Numbered from the stretch's first letter, positions 22,996 to 32,238 are shown. The stretch is DNA of 44,585 nucleotides from Bacteroidota bacterium (GCA_013334735.1 JAAXXA010000001.1:1-44585), one strand, 5' to 3'. Notes: generated by a model not told the origin, from the letters alone. Program-made: numbers and translations.

Positions 22996-25266
22996 TTATT
23001 TAAAATCTAATGCAGGTGCATATCCTAAATAATAAGTCCCGTTATATACAAATTTCAGAAGATCAATGGAGTTTGCAGTTGTAGTAAATATTGGTGCTGT
23101 ACCACCCGCCCACTTGACATTTGCTGGCCAAGATACAGCCCAGCCACCAGTGTTATCCTGGTTTATCATCAAAGTATATATACCTCCGCTCTTGCCGTTT
23201 GTAAATGTAAAAGAACGAGTTGTTGTTAGTGTAATTTCCTGCACATTGCTGTTATTCCAGTTAACTGTGGCTGGGGTAGGAACAGGAAAGAGGTAACTGA
23301 CAATCACAATTCCTGAACCACCGGAATAAGAGTTGTCTGAAGTTGAGCCTTTTCCGCCACCACCTCCGCCGCCTGTATTAGCTGTTCCTGCTGAGCCTGC
23401 TGAAACATTGGGAGCGTGTGTTCCATTCCCACCACCTCCGGTTCCTCCAGTTCCGAAAGTAGTATATGCTGAACCGCCACCACCTCCGGCATAAGTTACC
23501 GAAGAACCGGAAATACTTGAAGTTCTTCCAACTCCACCATTACCACCTGTTCCCGGAGAAGCATTGGTGCCGGCTGATCCAGCGCCACCACCACCGCCGG
23601 AAGCGTAATTATTGCTGGTGTTAGCAAATCCTGTCCCTCCATTATATCCTTGAGAACCTATACCGCCAGCATTAGTGAACGTTGATTCAGCTGTTCCACC
23701 GCCACCACCAGCGCCTCCATTTTGTCCTTCTCCATTTGTTGTTGAGCCACTATAACTTCCGCCACCTCCTCCTCCGAAAGCAGTGATGGTTCCAAATACT
23801 GAATTTCCCCCATTACCACCGGGAGTTCCATCACTAATTGTGTTAATAACACCAGTGCCTCCGTTACCAACTGTTACAGTTATATTTCCGGAAACTGAAG
23901 TTGAAGTGGAAATAAAACCACCCGCGCCTCCGCCAGCTCCTGTATTGCCTCCACCCGCACCTCCGCCACCTACTATCAAAACATTTACAGTGCCTGTTTC
24001 TGTACAAACCAAAGTTCCATTACTTGTAAAAGTGTGAATTGTGTTTCCGCCTATATGTGTGATGCTACCACCAGTGCATGCATTTGAAAAATAGAGAGGA
24101 TTGTTAATAGCGAAACCATTCGTCAGGGTTCCAAACTGATTGTCAGGGTTCGTAACTATTATATTCCAGTTGCCAACAGCGGCTCCTGTAATTGGACAAG
24201 TACCGTTACTTAATGTTGAAGAATTGGCAAAGTTGAAACCTGTACAATTTATATCACTTTGACCACTCTTAGTGAGCGATACCGTGGCTCCTGACTGAAA
24301 GTTGCTGCCTGTTACAGAACTTATAAAAACAGATCCCGTATTAACACTATTGTTCGGATTTATAGCAGAAACAGTTGGAGCTTCTATTAAATATTCTGAA
24401 GTTGGAGGGGTAAAGTTTGCAGTCCATCTTGCTATTCCTTTTGAAATTCTTAATTCGTCCATCCATCCAGTGAAAAAGTGTGTTGTGTATGTCGGCCAAG
24501 TTCCAACATTCAATACGCCGGTGAGGTTTGCCGGTGTTCCCACGATTGTTCCGCTTGTTTCAACTAATGTTCCATCTAAGTATGCTTTGACAGTAGTTCC
24601 ATATCTAACCCAGGCGAAGTGATGCCATGTGTTTAACGATATTTCATTCATTACAGTTTGAGCGACAAAATGAGTAGTTCCACCTGTTTTTAACACACAT
24701 TCTAAAAATGTCTCTGTTGGACCACCCCATCTATATGCGGCATAGAAAAAATTATTTCCATCTTGACCGGCTGCTTGAGATTGCGAAACAATATTATAGT
24801 AATTTCCAGTAGCTGAGCCGGGTTGTTCTGTAAGGTAAACCCAAGTGTCAATAGTCCAATCTCCATCGCCAAAAGACCAATCGTCGCAATCTGGGGTTGT
24901 TAAGTAATCACCACTTCCATCAAAAAATCCGGAAGCTGTTCCAAATTTATGTTGTGCAGTACTTATTTGTGTATTTCCAACAGGAGTAAAAGTATGAGAA
25001 CTACCTCCTGCGTTGTCGGTGAAGGTGGTAGAGCCGTTTGTACCGTTCATGTGAAGGAGGGTTTTCGTATAGGCATCATTGCCCTGAGCAGAAGTTTCAA
25101 TGGAATTTATATTAAGAAAAGCGAATGTGCTCAGTATTACAAATGCAAGTGAAAAGTTGAACCTTCGACTCGTTCGACTGCGATCACCACAAGTACACTT
25201 AGGGGGACAAGTGTAAAAAGCATATATTATGCTTTTTGAGAATTGATATATATATTTTGTTGACAT
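22996..25266 (-). CDS. CTD-family protein: long N-terminal leader + LamG-like + IPT/TIG-like + glycine-rich (phage tail-fibre-like) domain + shared C-terminal domain
   Basis: ATG at 25266. About 35 residues (..YTCPPKCTCGDRSRTSRR) precede the hydrophobic stretch FNFSLAFVILSTFAFLNINSIETSAQ. LamG-like motifs: LLHMNGTNGSTTFTDNAGG..MDELRISKGIARW. IPT-like motif: PTVSAINPNN..SGATVSLTKSGQSDINC. Gly-rich domain: VNVLIVGGGGAGGGNTGAGGGAGG..ITVTVGNGGTG..SISGSSVTYAGGGGG..GGSGIVIVSY. The protein ends VNWNNSNVQEITLTTTRSFTFTNGKSGGIYTLMINQ... Confidence 0.85.
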   Translation of the reverse strand: MSTKYIYQFSKSIIYAFYTCPPKCTCGDRSRTSRRFNFSLAFVILSTFAFLNINSIETSAQGNDAYTKTLLHMNGTNGSTTFTDNAGGSSHTFTPVGNTQISTAQHKFGTASGFFDGSGDYLTTPDCDDWSFGDGDWTIDTWVYLTEQPGSATGNYYNIVSQSQAAGQDGNNFFYAAYRWGGPTETFLECVLKTGGTTHFVAQTVMNEISLNTWHHFAWVRYGTTVKAYLDGTLVETSGTIVGTPANLTGVLNVGTWPTYTTHFFTGWMDELRISKGIARWTANFTPPTSEYLIEAPTVSAINPNNSVNTGSVFISSVTGSNFQSGATVSLTKSGQSDINCTGFNFANSSTLSNGTCPITGAAVGNWNIIVTNPDNQFGTLTNGFAINNPLYFSNACTGGSITHIGGNTIHTFTSNGTLVCTETGTVNVLIVGGGGAGGGNTGAGGGAGGFISTSTSVSGNITVTVGNGGTGVINTISDGTPGGNGGNSVFGTITAFGGGGGGSYSGSTTNGEGQNGGAGGGGGTAESTFTNAGGIGSQGYNGGTGFANTSNNYASGGGGGAGSAGTNASPGTGGNGGVGRTSSISGSSVTYAGGGGGSAYTTFGTGGTGGGGNGTHAPNVSAGSAGTANTGGGGGGGKGSTSDNSYSGGSGIVIVSYLFPVPTPATVNWNNSNVQEITLTTTRSFTFTNGKSGGIYTLMINQDNTGGWAVSWPANVKWAGGTAPIFTTTANSIDLLKFVYNGTYYLGYAPALDFK

Positions 25267-25333
25267 TATTGTTTTTACTTTTATTGATCTATTAATATAA
25301 TTTATATAATGCTAAAAATTAGTTTGTAAATAT

Positions 25334-25416
25334 ATGGATTTTATATGGATAATAAATTAATTATATCTTGATTTATCATGGACAACCCCATTATTTTATA
25401 TGGATTTTTTATGGAT
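25334..25416 (-). promoter_or_regulatory. Phased ATGGAT hexamer array (5 sites in an 11-bp register) upstream of 22996..25266
   Basis: ATGGAT starts at 25334 and 25345, ATGGAC at 25378, and ATGGAT at 25400 and 25411. The spacings are 11, 33, 22 and 11 nt, all multiples of 11. Confidence 0.6.
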
Positions 25417-25443
25417 AGTAAAAAATAATATGCTCATAAAAAA

Positions 25444-28400
25444 TCATTTAATATCTAATGCCGGTGTATCTCCTAAAAAATTAGTTCCGTCATTCACAAA
25501 CTTAAACATGTCAACAGCATTAGCATTAGAGGTTAATGTTGGCGCTGTACCGCCAATCCATTTCACATTTGAAGGCCATGAAACTTTCCATCCGCCTGTT
25601 GCATTTTGCTTAATAATTAAAGTATAAATAGCTCCACTTTTTCCGTTAGTGAAAGTAAACAAACGATCGGTAGTCAAGGTTATTTCCTGTACATTGCTGT
25701 TATTCCAGTTTACTGCTGCAGGACTGTTAATACTGAAACCATTTGTTAAGGTTCCTGTTTGCGTATCAGGGTTTGTAACTACAACATTCCACTGTCCGGT
25801 AGCGGCTCCTGTGATTGGACAAGTTCCGGTAATTAATGTAGTGGAATTGGAAAAAGTGAAACCGGTACAATTTATATTACTTTGACCACTTTTAGTAAGT
25901 TTAACTGTGGCTCCTGATTGAAAATATGTGCCTGTTACAGAAGATATGGAAATAGAAGCTGTATTTGTAGCACTTGATGGAGAAATTGCCGTAACTGTAG
26001 GTGCAGGGTTCATTACAGTAAAATTTCCACCCGGATATAAGAATGTGTGAACCGTGTTTGCTCCATCAGTTGTTTCAGTGCCTCCGGTAATTGTATATGC
26101 AGTAAAATCAGCAGTTTTATATGAAATAATTACAATACCCGAACCACCTGCCTTACCACTTGTATTCCAACCTGCACCACCACCTCCTCCGGTATTTGGA
26201 GTCCCAGCAGTTGAATTATTACTACTACCATCCTCTCCCTTTCCACCACCTCCGGTACCACCAGCGCCTCCGGTTATTGTGCCTCCAGCTCCGCCGCCAC
26301 CGCCATAGGTTACTGATGAACCGGAAATTGAATATGTTACTCCATTTCCACCATTACCTCCTATGCTTGAAGTACCATTTCCACCAACTGCTCCTGCACC
26401 GCCACCACCACCGCCAGATGAGCTGTTTGTGGAATATCCATTTCCGCCATTGTAACCTTGCCCGGAAATACCGTATCCACCTGTCCACGGAGATTGGCTT
26501 CCACCACCACCACCAGATCCTCCTGAATATCCTGCAGTATTATAAGCTCCTTTACCACCGCCAATTGCAGACATATTATCAAAAACAGAATTTCCTCCTG
26601 TAGATTCTGTACTACCACCAGCTCCAACGGTAACGGTATATACTTGTGTTGTAATATTATGTATTGCTTCATAAAGAACTCCGCCGCCACCACCGCCACC
26701 GGTATTGCCACTATTACCACCACCCCCAGCTACAACCAATGCTTTTATAGTACCTATAGGAGCGCTCATTACAACGCTAAAAACCCCACTATTGTTAAAT
26801 GTGTGTACTGTATATGCCCCATTGGTAGTAATGGTACCCCCATTTATAGTGTAAGCAGACCAGTCCGCAGTTTTATAGCTGATGATAACAACACCTGAAC
26901 CACCTGATCCGGCAGTATTTGTTTCATAGCAACCACCGCCGCCACCACCTAATCCATTAGTTCCGGGAATTGCAGCGCTTGGACTGTTATTATAATTTGC
27001 CCCATTTCCTCCTCCTCCAAGCCCACCTGTTCCGTTTGAAACTACACTGGAAGAACCACCACCACCACCACCGGCATAATAAACACTTGATCCTGAGATT
27101 GAATATGGAAGACCGTCACCGCCATTCCCTGAAATACTCTGAGTTCCATTAGCTCCTGCTTTTCCTGCTCCACCACCACCTCCGGTAGAGTAACCGGGAA
27201 TGCCGGAAGCAGTTCCTCCATTGTTTCCTTGTCCTGATGTACCCAAACCCTGACCAAGAGCGCCATATCCATCTCCTCCACCTGAGCCTCCATCAGCGCC
27301 TGCTGGTGTTGCAGAGCCTCCATGTCCTCCGCCAAATGCTGTTATTGTATGAAAGATAGAATTTCCACCATTTGTGGCTCTTGTGTCATAATAAGTGTTG
27401 CCTGACAAACCACCGCCACCAACAGTAACAGTATATGCTTGAGCTGTAACAGTGTGTGATGCGTCATATAACAAACCACCGCCACCACCACCACCACCAT
27501 GCCATCCACCACCTCCACCGCCTCCAGCAACTACAAGTATTTCCATAGCATTTGATGCGGTAACAAGAGTATTAAAAGTTCCATCGGCAGAATATCCTGT
27601 ACCGGCGCTGTTTGTGGCATAACCTCTGTAATATATGAGTGTACCACTTGGAAATCCTGTTCGTGCATGGGTAAATATTCCGGTTGTTGTATTGCCTTCT
27701 GCAACACAGTTTGTGGCTGGGTTTGCCGAAGTACCCCAGCAAACACCTCTCGCGGTAATGGTAGCGCCTCCATCGGAGGTTATATTTGCGCCAAGCAAGG
27801 CAGTATTAGTTGTAATAGCAGTAGCAGTGGGTGAAGTAAGTATAGGCGCAGTTGCAGGCGCCGGTGCGATTGATATTTGTATCATTGCCCATGGAGTTGA
27901 TCCACTAAGACCTGCAGTTTGTGAATAAGACCCAACTGGAGTAATTGCAGCATTATTATCACCTAAGTAAGGAAATGAATTAGATGCCCTTGCAGTAACA
28001 TTTGTATATGTTGTTGGCTGTCCATTTGCTCCAAATCCTGCAATTACCCAACTATTATTTGTAACAGTGGTGATTGAACGTGTGATAGATGTGCCGCTAG
28101 TAGTTCCATAAGAAAGCGCTTCCGGTTGACCTGAAGTTTTTACTCCGGAATAAGTTGCAACCGATGATGCATTAAAGTTAGAACCTGTAATAACTAAGGT
28201 GTTCGCGCCTGTAGCAGGAGACATTAAAATTAGCATTTGAATCCAGTTAGATTGCGAACTCATTTGCTGAACTACCTGTGATGTGAGGCTAACACCATTA
28301 TAAGTTGCAGAAACGGGAGTTGCTGAGGTTAAACCAACAAGAAGCACCATGAAATTTCCACCGGTGTTAGTGAAAGAGTATGATCCAGCTCCACCGGCAT

Positions 28401-28491
28401 TATAAGATGAGTTATATGCTATAGCTGCATTAGCAGAGTTCGAAATACTAAAAAAAAGTATCGTAATTAAAATTAAGAGAAGTTTTTTCAT
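25444..28491 (-). CDS. Secreted CTD-family protein (1015 aa): 'YNGV' domain + Fn3-like (subtype 2) + two glycine-rich domains + IPT/TIG-like + shared C-terminal domain
   Basis: Starts MKKLLLILITILFFSISNSANA. 'YNGV' domain motif: AIAYNSSYNAGGAGSYSFTNTGGNFMVLLVG..VSATYNGVSLT. Gly-rich copy 1 runs MEILVVAGGGGGGGWHGGGGGGGG..YTVTVGGGG..GGSGVVIISY. Copy 2 runs IKALVVAGGGGNSGNTGGGGGGG..YTVTVGAGG..GGSGIVIISY. Each is followed by YTI.GGT.TT.GA.TVHTF. IPT-like motif: PTVTAISPSS..SGATVKLTKSGQSNINC. The protein ends VNWNNSNVQEITLTTDRLFTFTNGKSGAIYTLIIKQ... Confidence 0.9.
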   Translation of the reverse strand: MKKLLLILITILFFSISNSANAAIAYNSSYNAGGAGSYSFTNTGGNFMVLLVGLTSATPVSATYNGVSLTSQVVQQMSSQSNWIQMLILMSPATGANTLVITGSNFNASSVATYSGVKTSGQPEALSYGTTSGTSITRSITTVTNNSWVIAGFGANGQPTTYTNVTARASNSFPYLGDNNAAITPVGSYSQTAGLSGSTPWAMIQISIAPAPATAPILTSPTATAITTNTALLGANITSDGGATITARGVCWGTSANPATNCVAEGNTTTGIFTHARTGFPSGTLIYYRGYATNSAGTGYSADGTFNTLVTASNAMEILVVAGGGGGGGWHGGGGGGGGLLYDASHTVTAQAYTVTVGGGGLSGNTYYDTRATNGGNSIFHTITAFGGGHGGSATPAGADGGSGGGDGYGALGQGLGTSGQGNNGGTASGIPGYSTGGGGGAGKAGANGTQSISGNGGDGLPYSISGSSVYYAGGGGGGSSSVVSNGTGGLGGGGNGANYNNSPSAAIPGTNGLGGGGGGCYETNTAGSGGSGVVIISYKTADWSAYTINGGTITTNGAYTVHTFNNSGVFSVVMSAPIGTIKALVVAGGGGNSGNTGGGGGGGVLYEAIHNITTQVYTVTVGAGGSTESTGGNSVFDNMSAIGGGKGAYNTAGYSGGSGGGGGSQSPWTGGYGISGQGYNGGNGYSTNSSSGGGGGGAGAVGGNGTSSIGGNGGNGVTYSISGSSVTYGGGGGAGGTITGGAGGTGGGGKGEDGSSNNSTAGTPNTGGGGGAGWNTSGKAGGSGIVIISYKTADFTAYTITGGTETTDGANTVHTFLYPGGNFTVMNPAPTVTAISPSSATNTASISISSVTGTYFQSGATVKLTKSGQSNINCTGFTFSNSTTLITGTCPITGAATGQWNVVVTNPDTQTGTLTNGFSINSPAAVNWNNSNVQEITLTTDRLFTFTNGKSGAIYTLIIKQNATGGWKVSWPSNVKWIGGTAPTLTSNANAVDMFKFVNDGTNFLGDTPALDIK

Positions 28492-28520
28492 CAGGTAATA
28501 TTTTTATTTGTTTAACAAAA

Positions 28521-30284
28521 TTACTTAATATTTATGTTAGTTCCTATTTCTAAATAATTAGAGCCATCAAAAATAAATCTTGAAATGTCGACAGCATCAG
28601 GTAAAGTTGAAAATGTTGGCATTATTCCACCTGTCCACTTAACATTAGGCGGCCATGAAATAGTCCATCCGCCTATACTATTCTGTTTAATGATAAGGTT
28701 ATATATGCCACCACTCTTACCGTTGGTAAATGTGAAAGAACGATTTGCCGTCAAAGTAATTTCCTGCACGTTGCTGTTGTTCCAATTTACTGTAGCAAAT
28801 GTAACAGTAGTAAAAGTACCATCGGTGGAATACCCGGTACCCACGCTGTTTGTAGCATAACCTCTGTAATATATGAGTGTACCACTTGGAAATCCTGTTC
28901 GTGCATGGGTAAATACTCCTGTTGTTGTGCCGCCCTCAGAAACACAATTTGTGCTTGGGTTTGCCGAAGTTCCCCAGCATGTGCCTCTTGCTGTGATTGT
29001 AGCGCCACCATCCGAAGTTATATTGGCGCCAATAGTAGCGCTGTTGGTTGTAATAGATGTGGCAGTAGGAGTTGTAACAGTCGGGATATTAAGAGTAGTA
29101 AAAGTACCATCGGCAGAATATCCTGTGCCTACGCTGTTTGTTGCGTAACCTCTGTAATAAATGAGCGTACCTGCCGGTAATCCTGTTCTTGCCTGAGTGA
29201 ATATTCCCATTGAGGTTCCACCTTCGGCAACGGAGTTGGTGGTTGGACTAGCCGAAGTTCCCCAGCAGGTTCCCCTTGCAGTAATTGAAGCGCCTCCATT
29301 AGAAGTAATATTAGCGCCTAAAGTGGCGGTTGTAGATGTGATTGTAGTTGAAGTAGGAGAAGTTATAGTAGGGACGCTTGTTGCTTCTACTGTAGTAAAT
29401 GTTCCGCTTGAGGTAAAAGTATGAATAGTATATGAACCGTCTGTTGTGATGGTTCCACCGGTACACGTTCCAAAATCAGTAGTGAGATATCTGATAATTA
29501 CAACACCCGACCCACCTTTCCTAGAAGTTGCACCTGTACTTCCACCACCACCTCCTCCTGAATTTGCCAATCCTTCAGTTGGGTTTGGACCGCCTCCTGA
29601 ACCGCCACCACCTGCCCCTGCTGAACCACCTGTATCGCCCGCGCCGCCACCACCTCCACCACCATACGTTACAGAGGTGCCGGTAATAGAATTAGCAGTG
29701 CCTCCACCACCCGCGCCGCCAACACTAAAGCTAACTCCATTTGATCCAACAGCATTATCACCGCCACCTCCGCCGCCACCGCCATTTGAAGCCCCCCCCG
29801 CTTTTCCTGAACCGCTCGTACCACCTTTTGATGAACTGGCTGTTGCTCCTTTACCACTTATTGCTGTTATTGTGCTAAAAATGCTATTACTTCCATCAAT
29901 ACCAGGATAACCGCTAACTGTTTGTCCAGCTCCACCATCTCCAACAGTAACAGAATATGCTTGAATTGACAAAGCAAAAGATGCATTATACCTAACTTGA
30001 CCGCCGCCACCACCACTAGGATAGTCAACACTGGAAGTGGAACCACCACCACCGCCGCCACCGCCTACTACCAATACTTGTACATTTTGCGAAACTATAG
30101 TTGCCGGGGTAAAAATCGCCAGTATATTAATTATTAAAAAGTCAAAAGGACCCACAGACCTCCAAGCTTTCCCTACTTCGACTCTGTTTAGGGTAAATCG
30201 TGAGAGAATTGTACCACGATGTTGAATTTTTGCTTTGCAAGAAATCTCCTCGCTAAGTTCTGATAAATGATTTATTTTTTTCAT
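28521..30284 (-). CDS. CTD-family protein: extended MKKINxLSE leader with internal hydrophobic segment + glycine-rich domain + 2 Fn3-like (subtype 2) + shared C-terminal domain
   Basis: Starts MKKINHLSELSEEISCKAKIQHRGTILSRFTLNRVEVGKAWRSVGPFDFLIINILAIFTPATIVSQ/NVQVLVVGGGGGGGG..YSVTVGDGGAG..GGSGVVIIRY. Two ..ITARGTCWGTSA.P.TN..AEGGT..LIYYRGYATNSVGTGYS.DGTFTT modules follow. The protein ends VNWNNSNVQEITLTANRSFTFTNGKSGGIYNLIIKQ... Confidence 0.85.
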   Translation of the reverse strand: MKKINHLSELSEEISCKAKIQHRGTILSRFTLNRVEVGKAWRSVGPFDFLIINILAIFTPATIVSQNVQVLVVGGGGGGGGSTSSVDYPSGGGGGQVRYNASFALSIQAYSVTVGDGGAGQTVSGYPGIDGSNSIFSTITAISGKGATASSSKGGTSGSGKAGGASNGGGGGGGGDNAVGSNGVSFSVGGAGGGGTANSITGTSVTYGGGGGGGAGDTGGSAGAGGGGSGGGPNPTEGLANSGGGGGGSTGATSRKGGSGVVIIRYLTTDFGTCTGGTITTDGSYTIHTFTSSGTFTTVEATSVPTITSPTSTTITSTTATLGANITSNGGASITARGTCWGTSASPTTNSVAEGGTSMGIFTQARTGLPAGTLIYYRGYATNSVGTGYSADGTFTTLNIPTVTTPTATSITTNSATIGANITSDGGATITARGTCWGTSANPSTNCVSEGGTTTGVFTHARTGFPSGTLIYYRGYATNSVGTGYSTDGTFTTVTFATVNWNNSNVQEITLTANRSFTFTNGKSGGIYNLIIKQNSIGGWTISWPPNVKWTGGIMPTFSTLPDAVDISRFIFDGSNYLEIGTNINIK

Positions 30285-30317
30285 AAGTTTACAATTTATT
30301 TGTATAACAAATTGGTA

Positions 30318-32210
30318 TTATTTAATATCTAGAGTTATTCCATTTCCTAGAAAATTTGTTCCATCAAACACAAATCTTATTAGGTCAACTGCATTGGCTG
30401 TTGTACTAAGTATAGGAGTTATTCCTCCCGCCCACTTAATATTTGAAGACCAAGTAACTGTCCAGCCACCTGTGCCATCCTGTTTTATTATGAGCGTATA
30501 AAGACCTCCGCTCTTACCGTTGGTAAATGAAAAAGAACGATTGGCATCCAATGTAATTTCCTGCACATTGCTGTTATTCCAATTAACTGTAGCAGGGGTA
30601 ACAGTAGTAAAAGTACCATCGGCGGAATATCCGGTGCCCACATTATTTGTTGCATAACCTCTGTAATAAATGAGCGTGCCTGCGGGTAAACCGGTTCTTG
30701 GCTTGGTGAATACTCCCGTTGCAGTGCCGCCCTCAGCTATACAATTTGTGCTTGGGTTTGCCGAAGTTCCCCAGCAGGTGCCTCTTGCAGTGATGGCAGC
30801 GCCACCATCTGAAGTTATATTGGCGCCTAACGTGGCGCTGTTGGTAGTAATAGATATAGCAGTAGGAGTTGTAACAGTCGGAATATTAAGAGTAGTAAAA
30901 GTTACATCATTTCCATAACTTACACCAACTGAATTAATCGCATAAGCCCTGACATAATAAAGTGAGCCGATAGATAACCCTGTCATTGAAGCGGTAAATG
31001 CTCCGGTAGTTCCAGTGGAGGTTGCTTTGCTGTTAGCGGTAGTAGGAGTTGCAGATGTATTCCAACATACGCCACGCTCGGTTATTGTAGTTCCGCCATC
31101 TGCGCTTACATTTCCATTACCTGTGGCTGTTGTTGCTGCAATATTTGTAATTGCTTGTGTTGTAACTGTAGGAATATTAAGAGTAGTAAAAGTACCATCG
31201 GCAGAATAGCTCGTGCCTACGCTGTTTGTGGCATAACCTCTGTAATATATTATTGTACCTGCCTGTAATCCTGTTCTTGCCTGAGTGAATATTCCCGTTA
31301 CGGTACCACCTTCGGCAACGCAATTTGTAGTTGGGTTAGCCGAAGTTCCCCAGCAGGTTCCCCTTGCAGTAATAGAAGCGCCTCCATTAGAAGTAATATT
31401 AGCACCTAAAGTGGCACCGGTAGAAGTAATAGAAGTTGCAGTGGGTGAAGTTAAAATAGGGGCAGTGGCGCAAGGCGGTACACTGGTAGTGATGGTCGCC
31501 GAGTTTACATTAGTGAGAGTATTGTTGTTCCCTGAGGCATCAGTAAGACCGTTGTCTAAATGCCAAGAACCTCGAAGATTCGATGCGGAATTAATAATTA
31601 CACACTTGTTATCGTTAATTTCTGTTACAGTTCTGACCACACTCCAAGCTCTAATATCGTCTATTTCGCCGTCAAAAAAGTGGTCAAAGTAACCACTTAC
31701 AAAATAAGAACCGAAGTGCCATACCTCTACCGCATCAACAAGTGAAGTGGGAGATACTGTCTGGTCTGCTCCTTGCTGAACTCCATCAACATAGAATTTT
31801 ATTTTTCCAGCAGTGCTATAAGTAAATGCCACATGATACCAAGTTGAAACTATTGGTGTCCAATTAACTTCTACTGTTGATTGAACACTACCGGAGTTAA
31901 CATAAACTGATAATTTATTGACAGAAGATACTCTTTTCCATAAAAAAAACCAAGGTCCGTGGGAAGCTCCTGAAACATCTCCATCTCCAGCGAAAACTCT
32001 AGTTTCGTTTGCACCTGCGGGCACTGTCGCAAATTTAACCCACATTTCTACAGTTAAATCACCTGTAATTGATAAAGAAGCGCTATTAGCAGCAGTGAAA
32101 TATTGAGAACTCGCTCTGACTAATGTAGCTGAATGTGTATTTTGCGCATAAGCTGAATAGCAATCTATGAAAAAAAGTATAGTTATAAAAATTGAAAGAA
32201 TTTTTTTCAT
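30318..32210 (-). CDS. Secreted CTD-family protein: LamG-like head + 3 Fn3-like modules (subtype 2, 1, 2) + shared C-terminal domain
   Basis: Starts MKKILSIFITILFFIDCYSAYAQ. LamG-like motifs: LSITGDLTVEMWVKF..IDDIRAWSVVRTVTEINDNKC. Module order read directly: ARGTCWGTSANPTTNC.. / ERGVCWNTSATPTTANSK.. / ARGTCWGTSANPSTNC... The protein ends VNWNNSNVQEITLDANRSFSFTNGKSGGLYTLIIKQ... Confidence 0.9.
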   Translation of the reverse strand: MKKILSIFITILFFIDCYSAYAQNTHSATLVRASSQYFTAANSASLSITGDLTVEMWVKFATVPAGANETRVFAGDGDVSGASHGPWFFLWKRVSSVNKLSVYVNSGSVQSTVEVNWTPIVSTWYHVAFTYSTAGKIKFYVDGVQQGADQTVSPTSLVDAVEVWHFGSYFVSGYFDHFFDGEIDDIRAWSVVRTVTEINDNKCVIINSASNLRGSWHLDNGLTDASGNNNTLTNVNSATITTSVPPCATAPILTSPTATSITSTGATLGANITSNGGASITARGTCWGTSANPTTNCVAEGGTVTGIFTQARTGLQAGTIIYYRGYATNSVGTSYSADGTFTTLNIPTVTTQAITNIAATTATGNGNVSADGGTTITERGVCWNTSATPTTANSKATSTGTTGAFTASMTGLSIGSLYYVRAYAINSVGVSYGNDVTFTTLNIPTVTTPTAISITTNSATLGANITSDGGAAITARGTCWGTSANPSTNCIAEGGTATGVFTKPRTGLPAGTLIYYRGYATNNVGTGYSADGTFTTVTPATVNWNNSNVQEITLDANRSFSFTNGKSGGLYTLIIKQDGTGGWTVTWSSNIKWAGGITPILSTTANAVDLIRFVFDGTNFLGNGITLDIK

Positions 32211-32238
32211 CGGATTAAATTTTTATTTGTTTAACAAT

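Noticed and set aside
29446-29910. Proline-rich plus-strand ORFs (29446..29910, and also 23783..24037, 26054..26308, 42009..42206, 42297..42527) that could be read as PPPP-rich proteins
   Set aside because: They lie exactly antisense to the glycine-rich domains, where GGN codons read as NCC on the other strand. They recur wherever the sense domain recurs. They have no leader or promoter context, and the minus-strand frames are long, intact and carry recognisable motifs.
29990-30085. The VLVVGGGGGGGG starts of the glycine-rich domains as Rossmann-type FAD/NAD(P)-binding motifs
   Set aside because: The context is a secreted repetitive Gly-rich domain. No downstream acidic residue or helix pattern of a dinucleotide-binding fold is visible. 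The motif recurs twice within one protein.
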